Source: a virus
Strand: one strand, 5' to 3'
Length of the DNA: 35,948 bases
Virus record (IMG/VR): IMGVR_UViG_3300045988_029071
Location: 1-35,948 of that record
Shown here: piece by piece, positions 15,430-23,735 of the stretch
Position numbering within the stretch: position 1 is the stretch's first letter
How the letters are laid out: every line of letters begins with the position of its first letter
Translations under genes and position numbers: made by a program
Notes under the pieces: generated by a model
Databases searched by the model: none
What the model saw: only the letters and a program-made list of their open reading frames with translations
What the model was told of the DNA's origin: nothing

Positions 15430-17466
15430 TCAAACAATCGGCTTTTTGTTTTCTAATTTCAATTTTGAAATATCTTCAAATATCTTGTTGTATATTTTAA
15501 CAGAATTTGGGAAAACTTTGTCATAAAATGTTTTTATTTCAGGGGTCATTTGTGCTTGAGTATATTCCGCAATAAATTCCATCCCTCGATGTGCTTTATT
15601 TTTCCAATACGAATCCGAATGATTGAAAGGCTGTGAACCATATTCCGCACTTCGAAAAGAACTCATCATATCCGAAGCTAATGCACCAACCTCCGCATTT
15701 GCTTCGGGACGAATTTCTGGGTTTAATTTCTTTGCTAGTTCAAGTAATTCTGATTTGAAATCTCTTACTTTAGCTTGACGAAGATTAAAGAAGTCTCGTT
15801 TCTCATCTATAGACACTCCTCTTTTGAGCTTCATATCCCCGAAAATATAATTGTCCATATCTTTTTTTATGGTATTGTACAAGTCATACTGACTGCTAAA
15901 CGCTTTAGCTCCTAATTCCGGGGCGCCGAAGTAAGTTGCGACATTATCGATGCCATGAGTAAATTCATGAAGAACGATTGAATGTGCTTTCTGATTAAAT
16001 TTCTTGTTGTAAATAAAATCGCCTTTTGCCAAATTAATTTGTGTGCCAGACACATGAGAAGACATTTCTTTTACTTTTGCAAATGATAATTTATCTACTG
16101 AACCGTAGAGAGATTGCACAAAATCATCATTCGGGAAAACACGCAATTCTCTTAAAAGACCTTGTGCATTTTCTTCTCCGAAAACATCTACAAAATTCGT
16201 CGTCCGGAGTTTTTCTTCTATACGTGAGACTAAATCACGACGAGTTTTAGGAATTTTGCTTTCTCGTTCTTCTAAAAGTTTTCTCTCTGCTTCTGCCTGC
16301 AATCCTTTTTGTTTCACTTTTAGCTTCTCTTGCTCTTCGACCCACTCATAATATTTCATAAGATCATCAAAGTCAAGATTGTTGATTTCTTCAGTTGTTA
16401 GTTTAGAGAAATCAATTTTAATGATTTTCTCGTCTTGGTCAACGTACTTAGAGTACCAGTCTTTATAACTCATATCAGCAGGTACGTACTCGACTTTGCC
16501 TGTTTCAGGATTTCTAGCCCTGCGCTCTAACTTGCTGTAGTCGATATCCTCATCGTGTGCGATGGTTATAGACCGACACCAAGGATGTAGTGGTGGGTAA
16601 TTCACACCAGGAACGGCCTTGTCCGTATCGTAAATCTTGTTGTCGTGCTCCAGGCAAATGTGAGACGTGCGCTTGTCTAAGACTGCTACGAATTTATACT
16701 TTGTAATCTCGGCATCTTCATAGCTGAGCAGTTCCATCTGGTTATGAAAAAAGGCTGACTCAGTACGAACCAAGCGCCTAGCTTTATTTTGACCAACCTC
16801 AAAACGTTCAGCGATTGCTTGAGATGTATCTCTTACGCTTCGACCAGTCATAAGACTTACTAAAAGCTCGTCTTTCACACTTGAAGCGAGCGCCCCAGTA
16901 TTTGACCATATTCTGTCCGAATAGGCCTCTCCCGTCCACTTTAGACCTTGTAGACGTTTGATTTCTGTTTCGGGTAAGTCGGAGAAGCTATAAGCAAGTC
17001 CTGTCTGCTGCTGCAAATCAAAGGTAGCCTTATAATAGCTATCCTTCATCAAGCCGCTGTAAAAGGTATCTGAGCCTTTCTTCTCAGAATGATAGATAGA
17101 CTCACGCATCGAATCCAAGTCAGCGCTTAACCGTTCAAGTCGCTTCATGCGATAAGCGTAAGCCGGACTGTCCAAATCAGCCAGCAAACGTTGTATGTTT
17201 GGGTCGTCCGGTCTTGCTTCAAGCACCTTACGAAGTTCGTTTAGGTCTTTCTGGTCCTTCATGTTCTTCAAGACATGACGAGCATCACGCTCACTCAAAC
17301 CATAATCACGTTGAAACTTGTCAAAGATTTTGTTGATTTGCTTGTCTAAATAAGCTTTGGACTCTTCGTAGACCTTATCAAACTTGTCTGCTTGCTTCTC
17401 AGCCTTGTCCATCTGCTCATAGATAAGATTAGCTTTCCTCTTGGTCCAATAGTCCTGGTTCTTCAT
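15430..17466 (-). CDS. MuF/SPP1 gp7-type head morphogenesis protein fused to a C-terminal HExxH (zincin-like) domain
   Basis: Residues about 150-305 carry the MuF signature (VLDKRTSHICLEHDNKIY...PPLHPWCRS). Residues about 400-678 are an extra domain with LHEFTHG (H500-H504, nt 15955-15969). Confidence 0.8.
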   Translation of the reverse strand: MKNQDYWTKRKANLIYEQMDKAEKQADKFDKVYEESKAYLDKQINKIFDKFQRDYGLSERDARHVLKNMKDQKDLNELRKVLEARPDDPNIQRLLADLDSPAYAYRMKRLERLSADLDSMRESIYHSEKKGSDTFYSGLMKDSYYKATFDLQQQTGLAYSFSDLPETEIKRLQGLKWTGEAYSDRIWSNTGALASSVKDELLVSLMTGRSVRDTSQAIAERFEVGQNKARRLVRTESAFFHNQMELLSYEDAEITKYKFVAVLDKRTSHICLEHDNKIYDTDKAVPGVNYPPLHPWCRSITIAHDEDIDYSKLERRARNPETGKVEYVPADMSYKDWYSKYVDQDEKIIKIDFSKLTTEEINNLDFDDLMKYYEWVEEQEKLKVKQKGLQAEAERKLLEERESKIPKTRRDLVSRIEEKLRTTNFVDVFGEENAQGLLRELRVFPNDDFVQSLYGSVDKLSFAKVKEMSSHVSGTQINLAKGDFIYNKKFNQKAHSIVLHEFTHGIDNVATYFGAPELGAKAFSSQYDLYNTIKKDMDNYIFGDMKLKRGVSIDEKRDFFNLRQAKVRDFKSELLELAKKLNPEIRPEANAEVGALASDMMSSFRSAEYGSQPFNHSDSYWKNKAHRGMEFIAEYTQAQMTPEIKTFYDKVFPNSVKIYNKIFEDISKLKLENKKPIV

Positions 17467-18841
17467 CTGTCACCTCTTCGTCTGGCTTCGTGTTCACCTG
17501 ATTAAAGAATGGCACACGTTCCATGTTCTTTTCTTTCTCTTCTTCGAGGTCTTCCAATTCAGCATCAGGGTCTTCAACGAATGGCAAGAGAGAAATAAGC
17601 TGACGAAGTGAAACCTTACCTTCAAGATTATTGATAACCTGTGACAATTCAAGTAAGTTCTTAGGTAATCCACGGCTAAACTGTGGCACAATTGAGTGTG
17701 CCTCAAGAGCAATCTGTTGCATGCCCAGATAATGAGCAAAGATAGCAATACGTTGACGGATACCACGTTTGTAATTTGCTTCCTTGGTCTTAGTAATCAT
17801 CTCAAGACCTAGCAGCTTGAATTCCATAGCTACACCCGAGCTATTCCCTGCAAAGTTTTCATCTGTCAGATTTGGCACATGGCTGAATGTGTAGATGTCT
17901 TCTTTCAAAGCCTTACGCAAGATTTCAGTAGCGTTCTCGTCCAGAGCATTCTTCAAGAAATCAGCTTTGGCATCTGTTGGCAACTCTAAAAGTCCTTCTT
18001 CAGCAAGGATGCTCATTGCTTCTCTGGCATCTTCCGGGTTATCAGCTAATTGCGCACCGTACAATACGAGAATAGACTCGACTGCTTGTTCTTTGTCGTT
18101 GACACGATTACCCATCAACGAATTGTAAGCATCGATTAAGCTAATCTGTTGTTCATAATCACCAATCGCAAAGTGATTGTTTCGGTATTCAATGATTGGA
18201 ACCTGACCAAGATTGTGAGGTTCTACTTGTTCATTCTGTGTTATTCCAGCACTTGAATCACGCAACACAATGTGATAGTGCAGATTTTGAGTAAAGACTT
18301 CAGCTTGATACTTGGTAGCATTCTTTATATCATCTTTGATTTCGTAGTAATACACTGCAAAGAGAACCTTGCGTTCAATACTGTCATCATAAACCAGGAA
18401 TACATTCTCAGGATCTACGCTAGTAGAATCAAGTTCAGTCAATCCTTCTTTGGCATAGATGTACTCGTAAGCACGCCCGTAGATGGACATGTTCAATGCG
18501 TTCTGTGTGTCTACCTGGTCAATCTCAGCGCCATCAAACGCCACAAGTAAGGATTCGATATCACCTTCGGCAGTGTTGTTATACTTAACAGCATTGCCCA
18601 TAAAGTAACCTGCGGCAGTGTCCGAAATATCCTTAGCGTGATTAGCTACTGTTTTAAAGTTTGGAGCGTTCTTGTTTCGTCGCTCATGTTTTAAAATAGC
18701 ATGCTCACCCATGTAGTAGCTTTTAAGCTTCTTCAAACGCTGGCGTTCTTGTGCATGCTTTTGAATCAGCTTGTAGATCAATTCCTTGTTCAAAGCTGTT
18801 TCGTCATATCCCTCTCTCGGATAAGTTAAAATCTGATACAT
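17429..18841 (-). CDS. Portal protein (SPP1 gp6-like)
   Basis: 470 aa located between TerL and MuF, with an N-terminal pattern typical of SPP1-family portals. Confidence 0.85.
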   Translation of the reverse strand: MYQILTYPREGYDETALNKELIYKLIQKHAQERQRLKKLKSYYMGEHAILKHERRNKNAPNFKTVANHAKDISDTAAGYFMGNAVKYNNTAEGDIESLLVAFDGAEIDQVDTQNALNMSIYGRAYEYIYAKEGLTELDSTSVDPENVFLVYDDSIERKVLFAVYYYEIKDDIKNATKYQAEVFTQNLHYHIVLRDSSAGITQNEQVEPHNLGQVPIIEYRNNHFAIGDYEQQISLIDAYNSLMGNRVNDKEQAVESILVLYGAQLADNPEDAREAMSILAEEGLLELPTDAKADFLKNALDENATEILRKALKEDIYTFSHVPNLTDENFAGNSSGVAMEFKLLGLEMITKTKEANYKRGIRQRIAIFAHYLGMQQIALEAHSIVPQFSRGLPKNLLELSQVINNLEGKVSLRQLISLLPFVEDPDAELEDLEEEKEKNMERVPFFNQVNTKPDEEVTDEEPGLLDQEES

Positions 18842-18852
18842 TTAATTCCTTT

Positions 18853-20076
18853 CTATAAGCCATAAAAAGATTTTCTCTTAACGGTTGCTCTTGGTTGTGC
18901 ATGTTGCGAGTAAATCGCATAACGCACCGCATCCAGCACGTCATCATTCTCTTTCACTGGCTCGCCTGTCTTTTCGTTCCAGATGTATTGATAGACTTCA
19001 TCCTTGAACTTGCTAACATTGTTTGATACAACAAAAAAGCGCCCTGCTTTCATAAGCTTAGCGACTTCTTCAATACCAGACAACACTGCTTTATTAGCGT
19101 TGAATGTTTTTAGTTGTTCTCTTTGAAATCTAGCAATGTGTTCAGGTCGTGCGCTATCTGCCCAAAAAGTAATATTCCCATATCGTTCCTTGATATTCTT
19201 AGCAAGGTCTACCCAAAAATCTATCTCTTTGTATTGATGAGCGTGTTCCTCTAACAGATAAGCCGAACCGTCAGACGTTTCTCCGATAACAACGATTGAG
19301 CCAAAGTGTTCATATCCCCAGTCGACACCAGCGTATACTTTTGCGATGTCTTCCGGCGCATTACCCACAAACATACTCTCGCTAAAATCACGATAGACTA
19401 CTCCTTCACCAGTTACCCACAGTCCGAGGATGTCTCTGTCGTAAAATACACCAGCTGGTGTAGCGCTTTTGATATTCTCGCGGTATCTATCAGACATGAA
19501 TGTATTATCATCTAGCTTGAAATGAAAGTCTATAATCATATCATCCCCAGAGTTGATATAATCTCGTCTGAGCCAGTGAGTCGGGATATCCGGGTTACTG
19601 TCCCAAACAATCCGTGCTCCCTCTCCAGAACAACGTGAGATAATTTCTTTAAACACTTGTTCGTTGGCTAATGATGCCTCGTTTATGTAGGCTCCAAAAG
19701 CAGTAAAACCACGGGCACGTTTTAGCCCTGAAATCGAACCGGTATATACTTGGATAATTTTGACTCCACAAAGAGTAAACGCACCATGTTTATCATATTT
19801 TGGTTCAATACCGAACATGTTATATAATTCCTGGATGATATTGTTTTGTATCGACGTTGAAGAGGTTCCGGCTAAAATATACATTGGCTCATCAATGTTT
19901 AATCTATCAGCCGTCTCTCTCACTCGTGCAATCTCATTTATGAAAACCATATTGTTTAGAACGGTTTTACCTGAACGCTTTGCACCATGCAGACCACAAA
20001 TAAAAAAATCATCATTTAAAACCCGCTTAAGGACTTGCTCTTGTTTAGGGGTGAATTTACTTGTCATTAAAAGCAC
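18853..20076 (-). CDS. terL: Terminase large subunit (PBSX/Terminase_3-like)
   Basis: 407 aa with Walker A motif GLHGAKRSGKT. An alternative start is the fourth codon (20067). Confidence 0.9.
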   Translation of the reverse strand: MLLMTSKFTPKQEQVLKRVLNDDFFICGLHGAKRSGKTVLNNMVFINEIARVRETADRLNIDEPMYILAGTSSTSIQNNIIQELYNMFGIEPKYDKHGAFTLCGVKIIQVYTGSISGLKRARGFTAFGAYINEASLANEQVFKEIISRCSGEGARIVWDSNPDIPTHWLRRDYINSGDDMIIDFHFKLDDNTFMSDRYRENIKSATPAGVFYDRDILGLWVTGEGVVYRDFSESMFVGNAPEDIAKVYAGVDWGYEHFGSIVVIGETSDGSAYLLEEHAHQYKEIDFWVDLAKNIKERYGNITFWADSARPEHIARFQREQLKTFNANKAVLSGIEEVAKLMKAGRFFVVSNNVSKFKDEVYQYIWNEKTGEPVKENDDVLDAVRYAIYSQHAQPRATVKRKSFYGL

Positions 20077-20773
20077 CTCTCAAAGCCTTAGCGAACTCAA
20101 CAAGCTTATCGTCATGCTCATCATCCATGCTGATTTGCGATTTTAGTTTTTCGATTCGTAGTTTTTGTTCCTCAGTAACAAGAGGGGAGCGTATAAGCTC
20201 GTCATAAGTCTTAATCATGCCTCTAAGCTCAGTCTGAGCTCTTGCTATTGCAGCTAAGGCCTTGCCTTGCTTATCCCATGATGTATGAATTTCATAGCTT
20301 GCTCCACCTTTTGCCGTGGTGGCTATAAGTACGCTTGTAGTATCATCAACATCCTGAACGTAAAGAATACGCTGAGCATGTAGTAAATTAGCATAGGTCA
20401 GCGTGATATTCTCCCAAAGAATGTCAATAGGCTGTTTTTCTGAAAGCTCTTGCGCTATCTCATATACCTCTTGAGGGAGATACTTAGCAAATAGCCCATG
20501 TTTCACGGCATTAGTGTTTCCCTTAGGTGCTCCATGCCCCAGAGCGTTTTTACTGCCCTTAGGAGCGCCCCTCGGCTTTTTGGAGCGTTCCGTATTTTTC
20601 TTTTGGAACGTTCCTTTTATTTTAGGTTCCCATTTGTCTTTACTTTTCCAACCTCGGACAGTGCCAGCTGAAACACCCAAACGCTCAGCGATCTCAATCA
20701 GTTCAACATTCCCACTGTTCTCTGAATAGATTTCAAATGCTTTGTCTCGGTTGGGGTCTCTTGCTCTACCCAA
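20057..20773 (-). CDS. terS: Terminase small subunit
   Basis: 238 aa with a TTG start and an AGGAGG Shine-Dalgarno sequence 7 nt upstream. It has an N-terminal HTH (IEIAERLGVSAGTVRGWKSKDKW) and repeated GAPKG(S/N)xNA motifs. Confidence 0.85.
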   Translation of the reverse strand: MGRARDPNRDKAFEIYSENSGNVELIEIAERLGVSAGTVRGWKSKDKWEPKIKGTFQKKNTERSKKPRGAPKGSKNALGHGAPKGNTNAVKHGLFAKYLPQEVYEIAQELSEKQPIDILWENITLTYANLLHAQRILYVQDVDDTTSVLIATTAKGGASYEIHTSWDKQGKALAAIARAQTELRGMIKTYDELIRSPLVTEEQKLRIEKLKSQISMDDEHDDKLVEFAKALRGAFNDK

Positions 20774-20802
20774 GCCTAAACCTCCTGTTATTTATTTGTT
20801 TT

Positions 20803-20832
20803 GAAAAATCAAAAAGCCACTCGATGAGTGAC
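20803..20832 (-). terminator. Rho-independent terminator about 40 nt upstream of the terS start
   Basis: The - strand reads GTCACTC-ATC-GAGTGGC (7 bp including one G-U) followed by TTTTTGATTTTTC. Confidence 0.55.
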
Positions 20833-21071
20833 TTAGTGCAAGCAGACTACAGACTTGCGTGTTAATTAGAAAGAACATTTATTTTTATTTTGTGTAGTCA
20901 TTTAAAACCTCTGAGGGAATCAAACCCTCTAGCTTATAACTTACCTAGGATATAAGTAGCTACGCAATCATGCAAGGTCCAGTCGCTGCTGCCGACCATT
21001 TAATAAGTTAATGAGTAATTTATGAATGCTAAGCCTACTGCCTACCCCATTCTGGGACACAAAACACTCAA

Positions 21072-21162
21072 AGGAGAGTGTGGGATTTGAACCCACGGAC
21101 CGCACATAGGCGATCACCCGTCTAGCAAACGGGCGCATTCAACCTGACTCTGCCAACTCTCC
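21072..21162 (-). tRNA. tRNA-Ser (anticodon GCU), class II with long variable arm
   Basis: Hand-folded cloverleaf of 91 nt. Acceptor stem GGAGAGT/ACTCTCC; D stem GCA/TGC with GG in the loop. Anticodon stem CCCGT/ACGGG with loop TTGCTAG. Variable arm GATCGC/GCGGTC. T arm GTGGG-TTCAAAT-CCCAC. No CCA is encoded. Confidence 0.85.
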
Positions 21163-21259
21163 ATATCAAGGGAAGACTTACTGCCTTACCCTTAATTCTT
21201 GATGATACTATAATAGCACGATTGTTAGACCAGTGCGCTTCAACCTAGTTCACATTAGT

Positions 21260-21694
21260 TCACATTAGTTCGCTTTTATCAACTACAACACCCAATTCAC
21301 GGATTGCATCTTTCTTCTTTTTGTAAAAAGTAGTCTTACTGCATTGTAAAAATTCAATCATATCATACACGCTTGCTTTCTGAATATAAACCATCCTTAA
21401 AATTGTTCGACTTGCAGGCTTAGGCATTTTATCAATCAATTTACTAAGCTCAATTCTGCGCTGGATAGCCTCAGCAGTTGCTTGCTTCATGTACTCTTTC
21501 AAGGAATCTTGCATACTAAAAATATCGATGTAACGTTCATCTAATCGAACCTTCTGACCACCTTGAACCTTATCCATGCTCATTTTAGGGCTAGAAAGTA
21601 AACTAGCTTCAAGTTTAGCAAGCTCGTCTATTCGATTCTGTATTTCTTCATCCAAATTCTGTAGTTCATCAAGTAAATCTTTAGCCTTGTTCAC
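21260..21694 (-). CDS. Candidate late-gene transcriptional regulator (sigma-70 region-4-like HTH; DUF1492/RinA/ArpU-type)
   Basis: 144 aa with a GTG start and an AAGGAG Shine-Dalgarno sequence. The C-terminal segment ILRMVYIQKASVYDMIEFLQCSKTTFYKKKKDAIRELG looks like a sigma region-4 HTH. It is the last gene before the packaging module. Confidence 0.5.
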   Translation of the reverse strand: MNKAKDLLDELQNLDEEIQNRIDELAKLEASLLSSPKMSMDKVQGGQKVRLDERYIDIFSMQDSLKEYMKQATAEAIQRRIELSKLIDKMPKPASRTILRMVYIQKASVYDMIEFLQCSKTTFYKKKKDAIRELGVVVDKSELM

Positions 21695-21769
21695 TCTCTA
21701 TCTCCTTTATGATATAATAATATTATTGAAAACGTTGTCGAGGCAGAGAGTGCCTTGGCTTTTTTTATT

Positions 21770-22033
21770 TTAGTAGCTATTGAGTATCATCATCGTCTTT
21801 TCGTAGCTTAGATGTACTTTTGCTCTTTCCTCCTCGTATCCTCCGAGTAGTTTTGGAATTCTGAAGTAAATGATTGTAGTGTTGTCATGTTGTTTGACAA
21901 CTGAGAAAACGTACTTGAGCAAGGTTTTTCTAAAGGCTACGTTAGGAAAGACTACAAGCTCTTGAGCTCCTATTCCTTTTGTAGTCGCTTTATTTATTCG
22001 GCTCCCTGTGTACGGATATTTTTTAGGTCTCAT
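21770..22033 (-). CDS. Hypothetical protein
   Basis: 87-aa ORF with a 4-nt overlap with the upstream gene. Confidence 0.55.
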   Translation of the reverse strand: MRPKKYPYTGSRINKATTKGIGAQELVVFPNVAFRKTLLKYVFSVVKQHDNTTIIYFRIPKLLGGYEEERAKVHLSYEKTMMILNSY

Positions 22034-22440
22034 TCCTTAACCTCCAAAATATCTTTATTTTCGTAGATGTTTCCGATAACTTCGAAATTTCCACCATGCG
22101 AAAAATTAGACATATAATCAACATTCCAGCGGTCATCGTGTGGTTTCAAACGATAACTTCCTTTTTCGTTATCGTAAAAAACAGTATAAGGACTATCAAG
22201 AACCAGAACTATATCCCCCTCAAAGATTTCTTTGCCGTTTTTATCTTTTAGTCCTGTTGACTGCATGAGTTCGATTTCATCAAATCCATAATAATCTAAG
22301 TCTCTTTCACTTATCAGACCTTCTTCAAAATATAACGTTTGGACACAAATCTCTTCGTCTTCAAAATTGATGTTCATAACGTCATCATTTGCAATCATTT
22401 TTTTGTTATTTTTATGCCACACTCTAAATTTTGGTCTCAT
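22030..22440 (-). CDS. YopX-family protein
   Basis: MRPKFRVWHK...GLKDKNGKEIFEGDIV...VIGNIYENKD is the characteristic YopX pattern. Confidence 0.8.
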   Translation of the reverse strand: MRPKFRVWHKNNKKMIANDDVMNINFEDEEICVQTLYFEEGLISERDLDYYGFDEIELMQSTGLKDKNGKEIFEGDIVLVLDSPYTVFYDNEKGSYRLKPHDDRWNVDYMSNFSHGGNFEVIGNIYENKDILEVKE

Positions 22441-22697
22441 AACCTCACCTCATCTCCAATTTTCACTTTCTCATACACGTCCTTCGTAACCACGAACACA
22501 CCGTAGTCACGAATTTTGATAGTGTATAGCTTGCCGTGCCGTCCTTTCTCGACGACTTTACCTTTAATTTCTGCGCCTTTATTATCTGCTTTGTAGATTA
22601 CAATCGGGCGCTTTTGTTCAAGTTTCTTAATGTGGATACATTGCCAGATATTCAAAGTAGCTGACAAGACAATCCAAACCGCAATAAATCGTTTCAT
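22437..22697 (-). CDS. Small N-terminally membrane-anchored hypothetical protein
   Basis: 86 aa with a hydrophobic N-terminus and ATGA overlaps on both sides. Confidence 0.6.
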   Translation of the reverse strand: MKRFIAVWIVLSATLNIWQCIHIKKLEQKRPIVIYKADNKGAEIKGKVVEKGRHGKLYTIKIRDYGVFVVTKDVYEKVKIGDEVRL

Positions 22698-22858
22698 TCT
22701 GCGACCTCCTTTTCTACAGTAATTGTAAATTCACGATCATTTATGTTTAAAGGTAGAACTACCCCTGTTTTTGAATCGTCTTTTAGCAAATCCAAGACAA
22801 TCTCTAAAACTTGCTTACCTAAAATCAATTGTGCCTCTAAAATGTTTTGCTCATCCAT
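22694..22858 (-). CDS. 54-aa hypothetical protein (not in the ORF track)
   Basis: Hand translation gives MDEQNILEAQLILGKQVLEIVLDLLKDDSKTGVVLPLNINDREFTITVEKEVAE. An AGGAGGTGGAGTG sequence precedes the ATG. The TGA stop overlaps the next gene's ATG. Confidence 0.5.
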   Translation of the reverse strand: MDEQNILEAQLILGKQVLEIVLDLLKDDSKTGVVLPLNINDREFTITVEKEVAE

Positions 22859-23024
22859 CACTCCACCTCCTTAAAGCGCCCTCCCAATCGCTGGCAGGGT
22901 GGACGCATAATTCCGTTCCGTTGTAATAAACAAATTCCTTTTCACCATAATTATTTTCTAAAACCCAGCCTTTTATGGTTTTCACCCCGTCAAAAGCCTT
23001 GTGTGTATACTTTGCAATTTTCAT
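22851..23024 (-). CDS. 57-aa hypothetical protein (not in the ORF track)
   Basis: Hand translation gives MKIAKYTHKAFDGVKTIKGWVLENNYGEKEFVYYNGTELCVHPASDWEGALRRWSDG. It is preceded by the same AGGAGGTGGAGTGATG initiation region and has an ATGA overlap with the upstream gene. Confidence 0.5.
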   Translation of the reverse strand: MKIAKYTHKAFDGVKTIKGWVLENNYGEKEFVYYNGTELCVHPASDWEGALRRWSDG

Positions 23025-23554
23025 CACTCCACCTCCTCAACTTCAATACCTTCACAATCAAACACCCAGCCGAAGCCTAAATCTTCTAATTCTTTTCGGG
23101 TGAATTTGCTTCTTAATTTGCTTTGTAAAAATCCCAAGAATTTTTCATCTTTAGCACTTACAAGATACTGATCCACTGCTTTTAGTTTCACCCAATACCG
23201 CTTTTCTTTCTCGACCTCGTAGCCGAAAAGTATAGCTTTTATCAATCTTTTTCTGTTTTTTACAAAAAAAACAACATCTTCCGTCAAGTCTTTCATCTCA
23301 ACATTATTATTATCTGTAATTTGATGTCCCCAGCCTGCTCTTGATACATAATATAAAGCCTTTGTAATATCTGAGTCTCTGTCAAAATCAAACGTTTCAA
23401 GGAATTTTGCTTCTTCCTCAGATACTTTGACTTTCTTTGGTTCGTCTAGTTGTTCTAAATCTTGAAGAAAAATTTGACGGGCTGTTTCTGCTCCTGGAGC
23501 ATCCCATACACCTTCAAGTTTTTTATATTTCTCAATCAATCGTTGTACTTTCAT
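23024..23554 (-). CDS. Hypothetical early protein (possibly DUF1642-like)
   Basis: 176-aa ORF. The family assignment is from memory only. Confidence 0.6.
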   Translation of the reverse strand: MKVQRLIEKYKKLEGVWDAPGAETARQIFLQDLEQLDEPKKVKVSEEEAKFLETFDFDRDSDITKALYYVSRAGWGHQITDNNNVEMKDLTEDVVFFVKNRKRLIKAILFGYEVEKEKRYWVKLKAVDQYLVSAKDEKFLGFLQSKLRSKFTRKELEDLGFGWVFDCEGIEVEEVE

Positions 23555-23735
23555 CTTCCAACTCCTTTAACTGTTCTTTATACCTTTTCAGTTTCTTCTT
23601 CCAAAAATCTCTTTCAGCAGCTCTCATGTGCACCGCTGACTTCTGACTTGGTTTCTTCAGTTCTTCAATCTTTTCTTCTGCTACTTCGATTGAACGTTTT
23701 AAACCCTTGATTATATCTTGGTTTATTGTACTCAT
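23532..23735 (-). CDS. Small coiled-coil hypothetical protein
   Basis: 67-aa ORF that overlaps its neighbours in operon fashion. Confidence 0.5.
   Translation of the reverse strand: MSTINQDIIKGLKRSIEVAEEKIEELKKPSQKSAVHMRAAERDFWKKKLKRYKEQLKELEDESTTID

Noticed and set aside
20905-20979. Second tRNA gene (Arg, CCU anticodon)
   Set aside because: Only the T-arm, an anticodon-like stem and 6 of 7 acceptor pairs can be drawn. There is no D arm, and the variable region is 10 nt for a class I identity. It is reported as a tRNA-like element in the findings but not called as a gene.
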